Shown here piece after piece: positions 49,364 through 58,682 of a DNA stretch of 64,000 nt. Positions within the stretch are counted from its first letter, which is position 1. Each line of letters starts with the position of its first letter. The notes under the pieces were generated by a model. That model saw nothing but the letters and a program-made list of their open reading frames with translations. It searched no databases and was not told the DNA's origin. Source of the stretch: Ignavibacteria bacterium (GTDB taxonomy: Bacteria > Bacteroidota > Ignavibacteria > Tepidaquicellales > Tepidaquicellaceae); the NCBI GenBank assembly GCA_016783945.1, contig JADHVP010000002.1:852-64851 (forward strand), in the 5' to 3' direction. Position numbers and translations under genes: made by a program.

Positions 49364-51958
49364 TTAAAATCTTGCACTGATACCAATCGTTGGGAGTAAA
49401 GGAATCATACCGATAGTTCTTCTTTCCAATTTTAAATCTTTGGTCACGTAATAATCGTATGCAAGTACATTCTTTCTGTTGTAAACATTCATTACGTCAA
49501 TGTAGAAAGACCAATCGGTATTCCAAAAATGTGTGTAAGCAGTGATCCTTAAATCGAGCCTGTGGTAAGCAGGTTTTTTAGATGAGTAAATATTATCCTC
49601 ACCGCCATAATCATAATTAAATATAACTTCATTTGTTAATGGATTCACAACGATACTGTCACCAACTACACGAGGAGCAATACCTACCGGTACTGTTATA
49701 GGAAAATTACTTGCATAAGTCCAACGTGCTCCAAGCTCCAGCCAGGAATTAATCCTGTAGTTCAACACCAAATTCAATACATGTCTTTGATCGAATCTAA
49801 AAGGAGTGCTGATACCATCCCTTTCTCTTCTTGCGTTCGAGAGTGAATAATTAATCCACCCGTAAAATTTAGTCTTTGGACTCAAATATCTTCTCTCTAA
49901 ACTTAGCTCTAACCCAAAAGAACGACCTGTGCCTTCGTTCACTGGTATCGTTGTTAATGAATCATACGGAACCTTCTCTTGTGAACGTATCCAGTTATTT
50001 GGATTTTTTCGATATGCAGGATCTGTATTATTTGGATCTGCAAGTGTGAATATGTATTCATAACCGGTTAACTTTTCCTGGTAAATTAGATCATCGAAGC
50101 TTTTATAATATCCTTCGACTTTAGCAAGCCACTCACTGTTTATCCATCGTTCAATTCCAAGAACATAATGAATAGATTTTTCTGCTTTCAAATTTTCTCC
50201 TATTACATCAGTTAGGTCAAAGAAAGTTTGACCGTCTACGAGCTTTTCATAACCGGGAGACTGATAATAAAATCCAAAAGCTGCCCTTATCGTAGTCAAA
50301 GGATCGATAATGTAACCAAAATTTATTCGCGGAGAGACATAAAACTTTTTCAGAATAGAATAATAGTCTAATCGAAATGACGGTTGATAATAAAATTTAT
50401 TCCCTATCGTAAATCTTCCCTGTGCATAGACATTCCCGCGGTAATTATTATCTCCATTAATGTTAAAATCATCGAGCAGTGCTCTTGCCGATGGCATACT
50501 CTGTATGAGTGATTTAAACTGTTCGTCGAGTCTCAATTTGTAAGTTAAGTCTGTAGAAATTATATCAAACCCTCCTCCAAACTCATATTTGTTTTTTCCA
50601 TCAATTAAAATAGAGCGATTGCCTATTGAATACTTTCTGAAAAGATAATCTGAATCGAACTCAAAACCTAATAGAGCACCAATAGCTTTCAAGCTGTCTC
50701 TTTGTTCGGGTGAAAGGTTTTCCTTGTCAATTAAGGGATCGAGTATATCACCATTAAACTCATTCTTACCACCGTTCTTGTACCATGATGCTGTAGTTCT
50801 CGAAATGAAATTCTGATTTGGTATATAATGCCAGCTCAATGACAAAACATTATTTATTGTCACATCATCTACGTTTACGCTGTCCGGGTCTTCCCTGTCT
50901 TTCCCTGAAATAATATCAACACCGTCTTTCGAAAATACTCCATTCAAAAAGAATTTATGTTTTTCAAAAGGTCCGACCGCTAATTTAAACTGCAGGTCAG
51001 AAAATGATGGGAACGATGAATCATCTGTAATGAGTCCTGCACTCTTAGCAAAAGGACCGAGAATCAAATCGTAATAGGTTCTGCGTGTTGAAACAATCCA
51101 TGAACCCGGAACCTCGAAAGGATTTTTTCCCTGGAAGATAACATTAGCAATCGCAATGTTTATGTTTGTGATCATGCTTAAATATTTATCTCTTGTACCT
51201 TCCATATTCATTACATCGAGGACTGCGGAAAGCCTGTCGCCGTATTGTGAAGGAAAACCGCCTGTAATAAGAGTGATATCGCTTAACGTCTCAGGGTTGA
51301 ACATGCTAACCAAACCATAAAGCCTGTAAGGATTGAAGATTTCCACGTCATCCATAATGATAAGATTTTGGTCAGGACCTGAACCTCGTATAACAAGCTG
51401 TGAAGTAAAATCATTCGGTGACGTAACACCGGGAAGAGATTGCAAAGACCTCATAACATCTTCGACACTACCGGGAAGAATCTTTACACTTCTTGGTGAC
51501 ATATCATACAAACTCGTTCTAAGATCATCCTGCCTTTGCTTTCGCTGACCTTCTACTTCTATCTCCTCAATTGTGTAGAGTCTTTCAACTAATAAGACAT
51601 AAACATTTTTGGTTTCCGAATTCTTAAGCGTAATTCCCTTTTCTTCATAAGGTGCATAATCCTCATAGATAATCGATATCTCATATTCACCTTCTTTAAG
51701 CTCAAAAGAAAACCTGCCGTTTTTATCTGTATAAGATGTAAATGTATTTTCAGTTTTGGAATCCTTAACCTTAACTTCAAGATTATTTGGGTTTAGGTTA
51801 TTTTCAGTCGTAACAACACCTTTAAGATAAGACTTTGCGGAATCTTCCTGAGCGTTGAGGAGTGTAAGATTCAGAAAGATAAAAAATAATATGCAAAATG
51901 AAACTACCCTAATCATAAAAAATCGATTAGTATTATATGTATCAAGTATTTTTCTCAT
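49364..51958 (-). CDS. TonB-dependent receptor with an N-terminal carboxypeptidase-regulatory-like domain
   Basis: Signal peptide; a CarboxypepD_reg-like beta-sandwich (GVVTTENN...GRFSFELKEGEYEISI); a plug region (VMRSLQSLPGVT...RGSGPDQNLIIMDDVEI); and a C-terminal ...TIGISARF. Confidence 0.85.
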   Translation of the reverse strand: MRKILDTYNTNRFFMIRVVSFCILFFIFLNLTLLNAQEDSAKSYLKGVVTTENNLNPNNLEVKVKDSKTENTFTSYTDKNGRFSFELKEGEYEISIIYEDYAPYEEKGITLKNSETKNVYVLLVERLYTIEEIEVEGQRKQRQDDLRTSLYDMSPRSVKILPGSVEDVMRSLQSLPGVTSPNDFTSQLVIRGSGPDQNLIIMDDVEIFNPYRLYGLVSMFNPETLSDITLITGGFPSQYGDRLSAVLDVMNMEGTRDKYLSMITNINIAIANVIFQGKNPFEVPGSWIVSTRRTYYDLILGPFAKSAGLITDDSSFPSFSDLQFKLAVGPFEKHKFFLNGVFSKDGVDIISGKDREDPDSVNVDDVTINNVLSLSWHYIPNQNFISRTTASWYKNGGKNEFNGDILDPLIDKENLSPEQRDSLKAIGALLGFEFDSDYLFRKYSIGNRSILIDGKNKYEFGGGFDIISTDLTYKLRLDEQFKSLIQSMPSARALLDDFNINGDNNYRGNVYAQGRFTIGNKFYYQPSFRLDYYSILKKFYVSPRINFGYIIDPLTTIRAAFGFYYQSPGYEKLVDGQTFFDLTDVIGENLKAEKSIHYVLGIERWINSEWLAKVEGYYKSFDDLIYQEKLTGYEYIFTLADPNNTDPAYRKNPNNWIRSQEKVPYDSLTTIPVNEGTGRSFGLELSLERRYLSPKTKFYGWINYSLSNARRERDGISTPFRFDQRHVLNLVLNYRINSWLELGARWTYASNFPITVPVGIAPRVVGDSIVVNPLTNEVIFNYDYGGEDNIYSSKKPAYHRLDLRITAYTHFWNTDWSFYIDVMNVYNRKNVLAYDYYVTKDLKLERRTIGMIPLLPTIGISARF

Positions 51959-52030
51959 TAATTAACGTAATGCATAAACTATTAGTTTCAAACTTTTTAA
52001 GATATGCAAAAGATGGAAGTTTTTGTTTTT

Positions 52031-52209
52031 GTGTGGCGTTGGCAGTGCTATCCTGACATGGATTGACTTCCCGCGCGCGGTATGAACCTTTGGCGTGTTA
52101 TGCCTAACATATGTAAAAGAGCCTTATCGCCACAAAGACACTAAGGCACAAAATCGCACAAAATTATAATGGGGGTTAGTCATTCCAGCGCAAGCTAGAA
52201 TCCAGAAAA
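52031..52209. repeat. left arm of a ~180-bp imperfect inverted repeat flanking the RM gene
   Basis: gtgtggcgttggcagtgctatcctgacatggattgacttcccgcgcgcggtatgaacc...gttagtcattccagcgcaagctagaatccagaaaa. By eye it is roughly 80% identical to the reverse complement of 55503-55680. Confidence 0.8.
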
Positions 52210-52252
52210 TAGCCTAAAACTACATTCAAATTGTAAATGAATGATTCGCATG

Positions 52253-55200
52253 TTACACCGTCTTCTCGACACTTTCAAAATACTTATCTATTTCAACTTG
52301 CAGTTTAATTGTCTTAGAAAGTGCGGTGACAATCTTACAGTAGGTTTGGATTTCTTCTAAAGTAAGCGTTCTTTCTTTTCTATCTTTTAACCATTTATCA
52401 CATACTTGATAACCACCGATTTGATATTTCCAAACTTCTTCTTTTACTTTACTAAAATACTGCTCTTTGTTTATCCAGACTTTATCATCTTCATATTTTA
52501 GTTTTTCTACTTTATTTGTCCCGCTTTGAGGAAATTTAGAGATAGTTTTATCTAAGTCTTTCGATTTCAGTAAATGCAGTTCTGCAAGATTTTTACCAAG
52601 TTTACCGAGTTGAATAAAAAGTTTATAGTCTTTTGTAAACGGAATTCGAGGGAAATCTATCTTCAAGAATTCTGCATATTTTGTGCGGTAAGTATTACTG
52701 TAAAGAACAGCATAGATGTAATAAAATATTTCTTCGGGTGTAACTTCTTTTTTGAAATTGTTTTTGAGTTCTTCAAATAATTCGGGATTTATATTAGGTT
52801 GACGAGTTTGATACTTGACAGCTGGTTCAAATACCATCATTTGTTTGGTAAAAGATTTTTTCTTTTCTTTTTTTTCTTGATATAAGTATAAAGGAAAAAC
52901 CAATTCGCCTCCACGACGAAACAAATTTAAATCAACGATATTTTCTGAAATATAAACGATATCATAAATATCTGAACCAGTGGCACTTCCTTGGCGTCCA
53001 ACACATAAAGCAACATTATCCTCTAACATATGACGCATATTTTCTTTACGTGTACGTTCTATCATTTCATCGTGGTAAAAAATCCATTTAACATCAAAAG
53101 GACGATAAAGGATTTGAGTAAATGCATTTTGCCAATCTTTGTCTTTACTTAGTTTTTTCCTTTGTTCCCTTGTCTTCCAGCTTTTATTATCTTTTAATTT
53201 ATAGGTTTGTTTTAGAATTTCTGTATCAACTTTATAATCTATAAATTGACCTATTCTTCGATGAAGTTTCTTTTTATCACTGTCTATTACAAAGCTATCT
53301 CTCGCAGTTACAACTCCAACGCTGTTAGAAGGGAAGATTTCTGTAATCTTTAAAAATGTTTGATAATCCTTTAGCAAACTTATATCTTGTGGAATAAAAA
53401 GATAAAACTCACTTTTGGGTTCAAGCTTTTCCCATTTTACATTTTTAATATTATGTTCATTAAGCCAATCGTATTTTTCTTCCCATAAACCAAAAATTTC
53501 TTGATGAAATACTTGTTTCTTCTTTACATTTTTATATTTAATAAAAAATGCTATCGCAACCCCTTGCTGAATGTCAAAAACATTTTCGTCTTTGCTTCCA
53601 TCGGGGCATTTTTCTTTCTTTAAGCTGTTACCGTGTAAGTCAAGGATATATATTTCATCAAAACTATTCATTAGAGATTGACGCATCCCTCTAAACGTAG
53701 GATTATCGAGATAACTGTGATTTGTAATAAATCCGAGAACACCTTCACCTGCTTGGTCAATCTTCCATTGTGCGAATCGAATAAATTTAACATAGTCATC
53801 CTGAAGCCACTTAGGATTTTTTTCTCCAAGAGGTTTACCATCAACCTTGTAATATTCTTTTATCTCTTTTGAAATCCATTCACCTATATTTGAAGAGTGA
53901 CCTGAGTAGGGAGGATTTCCAAGAATCACAAGAATAGGAATATCCTTTTTAACTTTTCCGGCTTCGTGGCTTTCTTGAGAAAGTGATGACATTCCCGGAA
54001 ATTTAGATTCATCAAGCTCTTTCATTTCGAGCGTGTTTGTCAAATAATATTTTACACGCTCATCGTCTGCCATCTTGTAACCGAATTCTTCAAGCAGGAA
54101 AGACATTTTCATATGCCCGATTGCATAAGGTGCCATCATAAGTTCGAAAGCATAATAATTTTTAAGAATCTGTTCTTTTATAAAAGTATTTACTGCACCT
54201 TTACCATATTTGGTTTTAAATTCTTCGACTGCTGTTTCAATTGCTTTAGCTAAAAAACCAAGAGTCCCACCTGCAGGATCAAGCAGAGTAACATTCTTAG
54301 AAGCAAAACCATCCGAAATATTAAATTTATCTTTAAGAATCTGGTGAAGCGAACGTACAATAAAAGACACAGCCGGTTCCGGTGTGTAATAAACTCCCCG
54401 TTTTTCTCTTGTTGCAGGATCATAAACAGAAAGAAAGGTTTCATAAAAATGTAAAACCGGGTCGCTTCCTTTTCCTTCGTGATAATATTGATCGAGAATT
54501 TTCTTTGCGTCCGAAACCGCAAGTACTTCGGCAATGTCATCAATAATTATTTCCATTTGTATGGGCAAATCTTCTATAGAGATGAATTTGAAAATATCTC
54601 TCAATATTCCAATAGATTTTGGTATAAAAGAATATGCAAGCTTTCTGGTAAATTCTTTACCAGCACGGAGACGTGCTGCAAACAAACCATACGTAATAGT
54701 CTGTGAATAAATGTCCGCAAATTCATCTTCATTTATTCCTGCAATTAAAAACTCTTTAAACGCCTCGTAAAATCCGTGAATTGATTTTGTACCACTTTTT
54801 AATTCTTCACTAACAATTTCATCTTTCAAAAACTTTGTTCTTTTTGCAAGTTCAACAGCAAGAGTTTTTGCAGTATAAGTTTTAGGAAGTGAAAAATCTA
54901 AAAAGCGTTCGAGCAGTTCAAATAATTTGTCTTCGTTTTCAAGAGGCGGAACTGATGAAAGTTTTTTAATAACGAAAGGGCGTGCAATTGATATTTGTTC
55001 AATTCGTTCACCGTTTCTATATAAACGGAACTCGGTAAAGTTCGTTAATATTACATTTGGGAAAGTTGATAAGTATCTCTCAAGCTGTTCTGTTTCTTCA
55101 ATCCTGTCGAGGTTAACACCTAAATCTTTAGTTTCAATATAACCTGTTATTTTCTGTTTTCCGTCCCAAACTCTGAAGTCAGGATTCCCGGCTTCTGTTT

Positions 55201-55351
55201 TCTTTGGAAGAATTGTAATGTCTACTTTCTTTTTTCTCTGTGATTCAGAAAAATCTGTAATAAAATCCGCAAGATGTTTGTAATAAGATTCCTCTCTCGC
55301 ATCACCTTTTTGATATGTCTTAAATAAATTTGATAAATATTTTTTAGTCAT
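52253..55351 (-). CDS. Type IIG (MmeI-like / Type IIL) restriction-modification enzyme: fused PD-ExK nuclease, gamma-class N6-adenine methyltransferase and specificity domain
   Basis: 1032 aa. N-terminal nuclease-like motif NPDFRVWDGKQKITGYIETKD (D...ExK). AdoMet motif I TLLDPAGGTLGF. Catalytic motif IV GNPPYSG. The long C-terminal region resembles the Type ISP/IIG target-recognition part. Confidence 0.75.
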   Translation of the reverse strand: MTKKYLSNLFKTYQKGDAREESYYKHLADFITDFSESQRKKKVDITILPKKTEAGNPDFRVWDGKQKITGYIETKDLGVNLDRIEETEQLERYLSTFPNVILTNFTEFRLYRNGERIEQISIARPFVIKKLSSVPPLENEDKLFELLERFLDFSLPKTYTAKTLAVELAKRTKFLKDEIVSEELKSGTKSIHGFYEAFKEFLIAGINEDEFADIYSQTITYGLFAARLRAGKEFTRKLAYSFIPKSIGILRDIFKFISIEDLPIQMEIIIDDIAEVLAVSDAKKILDQYYHEGKGSDPVLHFYETFLSVYDPATREKRGVYYTPEPAVSFIVRSLHQILKDKFNISDGFASKNVTLLDPAGGTLGFLAKAIETAVEEFKTKYGKGAVNTFIKEQILKNYYAFELMMAPYAIGHMKMSFLLEEFGYKMADDERVKYYLTNTLEMKELDESKFPGMSSLSQESHEAGKVKKDIPILVILGNPPYSGHSSNIGEWISKEIKEYYKVDGKPLGEKNPKWLQDDYVKFIRFAQWKIDQAGEGVLGFITNHSYLDNPTFRGMRQSLMNSFDEIYILDLHGNSLKKEKCPDGSKDENVFDIQQGVAIAFFIKYKNVKKKQVFHQEIFGLWEEKYDWLNEHNIKNVKWEKLEPKSEFYLFIPQDISLLKDYQTFLKITEIFPSNSVGVVTARDSFVIDSDKKKLHRRIGQFIDYKVDTEILKQTYKLKDNKSWKTREQRKKLSKDKDWQNAFTQILYRPFDVKWIFYHDEMIERTRKENMRHMLEDNVALCVGRQGSATGSDIYDIVYISENIVDLNLFRRGGELVFPLYLYQEKKEKKKSFTKQMMVFEPAVKYQTRQPNINPELFEELKNNFKKEVTPEEIFYYIYAVLYSNTYRTKYAEFLKIDFPRIPFTKDYKLFIQLGKLGKNLAELHLLKSKDLDKTISKFPQSGTNKVEKLKYEDDKVWINKEQYFSKVKEEVWKYQIGGYQVCDKWLKDRKERTLTLEEIQTYCKIVTALSKTIKLQVEIDKYFESVEKTV

Positions 55352-55502
55352 ATACTATTTATCTTGTTGTCAGTAGTTCTTCCTGACAGCTTAAAAATAA
55401 CCATTCCCAAAACAAAAAAGACTCCAAAAGTCAATTACAACTCTTAGAGTCTTTTCTTTGTAACTTTGCGTCTTTATTCTTTGCGGCTTAGCGTGAAACT
55501 CT

Positions 55503-55680
55503 TTTTCTGGATTCCAGCTTCCGCTGGAATGACTAACTCATTTATCATTTTGTGCTTTTTTGTGTCTTAGTGTTTTAGTGGCAACAAGGCTCTCTCTATA
55601 AATATCAGGCATAACACGCTACAGGTTCATACCGCGCGCGGGAAGTCAACCCATGTAATGACAGCACTACCAACACCACC
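55503..55680. repeat. right arm of the inverted repeat flanking the RM gene
   Basis: ttttctggattccagcttccgctggaatgactaac...ggttcataccgcgcgcgggaagtcaacccatgtaatgacagcactaccaacaccacc is the reverse complement counterpart of 52031-52209. Confidence 0.8.
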
Positions 55681-55780
55681 AAATCAAATCGCATTATATA
55701 CTATTTCTTTTTGCAACAATTTATTAACTTTAAACGTCTACAAAAAAGAGATTTATTTTAATAACTTTAATATTAAACAA

Positions 55781-56401
55781 ATGAAGCATCAAACACTCTT
55801 TCTGTCATTTATCTTATTTATACTCATTTCCTTTTCATGGAATCAAAGCCGATGCACTGAAATTGAACCATTCTCAGGAATATCATTAAACATTGGTGCA
55901 GATGTATTTCTTTCTCAAGGTGAAACACACGGTGTAAGAATAGAAGCAGATGAAGACGTTATGAATAAAATAATCACAGAGGTTAAAGACAATGTTTTGA
56001 TTATCAAGTGTGATAAATCCTTACACAGCAGCAAAGACATAAAAATCTACGTTACAATGAAAGAGCTTAATCTTATTGAGTTAAACGGTTCGGGTGATAT
56101 TGTTTGCCAGGATAGTTTCAATACCGATAACATTGCGATTGAAATCAATGGATCAGGTGATATTACATTATCTGGTAAAGCAGAAAATCAAGCTATCGAA
56201 ATCAAAGGTTCCGGAGATATAAAATCGTTTGGTATGCTTTCTACGAATTGTGCAATTACTATCAAGGGTTCGGGCGATTGCGAAGTCAATGTAGAAAATG
56301 CATTAGCAGTTGAAATCTACGGAAGCGGCGATGTTACTTACAAAGGTAATCCTGTAGTAACCAAAGAAATCGAAGGTTCGGGTTCGGTTAAGAAATACTG
56401 A
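55781..56401 (+). CDS. head GIN domain-containing protein (DUF2807; putative auto-transporter-adhesin-head-like beta-helix)
   Basis: Signal peptide MKHQTLFLSFILFILISFSW and five (N/K)GSGD(I/C/V) repeats. I prefer the start at ATG 55781, because the ORF-track start at 55658 lies inside the inverted-repeat arm. Confidence 0.7.
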   Translation: MKHQTLFLSFILFILISFSWNQSRCTEIEPFSGISLNIGADVFLSQGETHGVRIEADEDVMNKIITEVKDNVLIIKCDKSLHSSKDIKIYVTMKELNLIELNGSGDIVCQDSFNTDNIAIEINGSGDITLSGKAENQAIEIKGSGDIKSFGMLSTNCAITIKGSGDCEVNVENALAVEIYGSGDVTYKGNPVVTKEIEGSGSVKKY

Positions 56402-56468
56402 TGAATATCATATTGATTCAATTTACTGCTCTCAAACATTTAAATATTAGCGTTTAAAGCTCATAGTT

Positions 56469-56699
56469 CAATTTCCAAAATTGGAAATAGGTGTCTGAAA
56501 CTTCCGGGTAGCATTTCCAAAATTGTAAATAGGTATTTGAACGTTCCGAGATGCATTTACAAAATTGTAAATAGGTATCTGAACATTCCGAGACGCATTT
56601 ACAAAATTGTTAATAGGTATCTGAATGTTCCGGGTAGCATTTCCAAAATTGGAAATAGGTATCTGAATGTTCTGAGAGGCATTTACAAAATTGTAAATC
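56469..56699. repeat. tandem array, 5.5 copies of a 42-bp unit (43 bp in unit 1), each containing a 16-bp perfect palindrome
   Basis: Units at 56469-56511, 56512-56553, 56554-56595, 56596-56637, 56638-56679 and 56680-56699 (partial). Consensus: catttacaaaattgtaaataggtatctgaa[ct][ag]ttccg[ag]g[at][ac]g. The palindrome is tttCCaaaattGGaaa or tttACaaaattGTaaa. Confidence 0.9.
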
Positions 56700-56827
56700 T
56701 AACAATTTCATTTGCCTATACAATTACCATATCTGCAATAAACATCAACAAACAATAACAAACAATAACATACTTGATTATTTAATAATATTATCATATT
56801 TTGATTCATAAATCAAAAAAAAGAATT

Positions 56828-57598
56828 ATGAATAACTCAAAACTCAAAAAATTCTTTGAAGCTTTTTATGTTTTTCAAAATCAGGAGGAATATTTTAAAA
56901 AAATCAGCCAGGAGGATAAAACAGGTAAATTAATTGTTAACCAGGTTATCATCATTTGCTCTTTCTTATTTTTATATGGGATAGTTATGGGAGCTTACAA
57001 CGAACTTATACAATCAATCGCTGCTGGATTAAAATTAATATTCTTATTCATTTCTACATTAATAATCTGCTTCCCTTCATTTTTCATAATTCAGTTAATA
57101 CTCGGCTCGAAAATAAAACTAAAACAAGTAATATTAATTATTCTTAGTGGTTTTGTCCTAACTACTTCTATTTTGCTTGCTTTTATTCCTATCGTGGTAT
57201 TTTTCTTATTAACCGGTGATAATTACTATTTCCTACAATTACTGCACATAGCTATATTTTTATTCGCTGGATTCTTTGGAATTAGATTAATTATCGAAGC
57301 TCTGAAATACTCATGCGAAAAGGAAAACATTTATCCGAAAACAGGAGTTATGGTTTTCAGAATTTGGATTGTAATTTTCGCTTTCGTCGGTATTCAATTA
57401 GCATGGAACCTTCGTCCTTTCATGGGAGATAAAGACCAACCTTTTGAACTTTTCAGACATTACGAAGGGAATTTCTATACCGCAGTTATTTATTCATTCG
57501 ATCAACTATTAGGTAAGAATGATATAAATGAAAAACCTAAACGGCTCCCATTTAAAAATGAAAATGATACTACAAAACTCTTTCATTACGACAGATAA
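56828..57598 (+). CDS. polytopic membrane protein of unknown function (about 6 TM)
   Basis: I prefer the ATG at 56828 (MNNSKLKKFF). There are six hydrophobic helices. The stop TAA (57596-57598) is followed directly by the ATG of the next gene. Confidence 0.55.
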   Translation: MNNSKLKKFFEAFYVFQNQEEYFKKISQEDKTGKLIVNQVIIICSFLFLYGIVMGAYNELIQSIAAGLKLIFLFISTLIICFPSFFIIQLILGSKIKLKQVILIILSGFVLTTSILLAFIPIVVFFLLTGDNYYFLQLLHIAIFLFAGFFGIRLIIEALKYSCEKENIYPKTGVMVFRIWIVIFAFVGIQLAWNLRPFMGDKDQPFELFRHYEGNFYTAVIYSFDQLLGKNDINEKPKRLPFKNENDTTKLFHYDR

Positions 57599-57823
57599 AT
57601 GAATAACAGTATTGACGAAATAATGAACCTTGAAGAAGTCGCAAGATATCTAAAAATGAAACCCCAAACTATTTACACATGGGCTCAAAAAGGAAAAATT
57701 CCCGCGGCAAAACTTGGCAAGGAATGGAGGTTTAAAAAATCTATTATCGATGAATGGTTCGATAGACACATCGATGAGAAATTTGATGATATAAAAAAAT
57801 CTGTTTCAGATAAGAATGAGTAA
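57599..57823 (+). CDS. excisionase-family (MerR-superfamily) helix-turn-helix DNA-binding protein
   Basis: MNLEEVARYLKMKPQTIYTWAQKGKIPAAKLGKEWRFKKSIIDEWF is the classic excisionase/HTH_17-type motif. Confidence 0.75.
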   Translation: MNNSIDEIMNLEEVARYLKMKPQTIYTWAQKGKIPAAKLGKEWRFKKSIIDEWFDRHIDEKFDDIKKSVSDKNE

Positions 57824-58171
57824 TTATCTAATAGATCTAATTACTCTAATTCATTTCAATCTCATAACAATTTCTGACTTTTAAAAAAAAATCAAATTCA
57901 TAATATTTATTATCATAAATCTGTTAAACCACAATTCTTTTTACATTTTTCGGACCTATTAAACGCAAAGAATTATAATTTCGAAGAAGCACTCTCTAAT
58001 CCTGAGCAGGTAAATAAACTGAACATAAGTAACACAAATATAACAGAGATACCTGAAGGAACATTTTTCAAAAACCTTCAGGCTCTTTACCTTGCCAATA
58101 GTCCTTCAATACTCGCAAAATGGGTTGATAAATCCTCAGCAGCTTTACTCAATCCAACAAATATTCTAATA

Positions 58172-58624
58172 TTGGACATAAGCAATAATAACCTTGAATC
58201 ACTTCCAAAAGGTATAGGTTCTATGACAAACCTGATTTCTTTAAATATGAGTGGTAACCCGGATTTAATGAAAGAGGTTGACAAATCTACACCTAAACTT
58301 GCAAACTTAGAAATCCTTGATATAAGTAATAATAATCTGACAACCATACCGGGTTTTATTAATAAATTTGCTTTGCTAAAGGAAATCAACTTAAGCGGGA
58401 ATTCAATTGTATCTAAAGAAGTAGATAAATGTTCACCAAAACTTGCTAATGTAGAAAAAATAGACCTGAGCAATAATGAACTCACTGCTCTTGTTGATTG
58501 GCTGCTTGAGCAGAAAGCTTCATTACCTATGCTTAAAGAACTTAACTTGAAAGGTAATCCCTTGAATGACGGTGAAATTGAGCAGATAAGAGAACTCCTA
58601 TCGGATACAAAAGTTATTTTCTAA
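58172..58624 (+). CDS. leucine-rich repeat (LRR) protein; the reading frame is open upstream to 57878 with no canonical start
   Basis: Repeats L(D/N)ISNNNL..(L/I)P, LNMSGNP, INLSGNS, IDLSNNEL, LNLKGNPL. The same frame upstream encodes more LRR-like sequence (VNKLNISNTNITEIPEGTFFKNLQALYLANSPS). Confidence 0.6.
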   Translation: MDISNNNLESLPKGIGSMTNLISLNMSGNPDLMKEVDKSTPKLANLEILDISNNNLTTIPGFINKFALLKEINLSGNSIVSKEVDKCSPKLANVEKIDLSNNELTALVDWLLEQKASLPMLKELNLKGNPLNDGEIEQIRELLSDTKVIF

Positions 58625-58639
58625 AAAAATATTATATCT

Positions 58640-58674
58640 AGGTGCTACATACTTATATGTGGCACCTTCTTTTA
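58640..58674 (+). terminator. rho-independent terminator (aggtgctacat-N6-atgtggcacct, then tcttttaat)
   Basis: 11-bp stem with one G-U pair, followed by a T-rich tract, 16 nt after the LRR stop. Confidence 0.7.
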
Positions 58675-58682
58675 ATAAATAA

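Noticed and set aside
55658-55780. N-terminal 41-codon extension of the GIN-domain protein ORF
   Set aside because: The extension lies inside the inverted-repeat arm and precedes a good signal peptide that starts at ATG 55781.
56469-56699. Possible CRISPR array
   Set aside because: The segments between the palindromes are themselves conserved from unit to unit, so there are no unique spacers. The period is 42 bp and no cas genes are nearby. It is a plain tandem repeat.
56537-56758. 73-aa ORF (MNVPRCIYKIVNRYLN...)
   Set aside because: It is a translation of the 42-bp tandem repeat, so the peptide is itself periodic. It has a TTG start and no coding-like context.
58087-58485. 132-aa minus-strand ORF
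   Set aside because: It is antisense to the LRR gene, and its Leu/Ser-rich periodic sequence mirrors the LRR codons.
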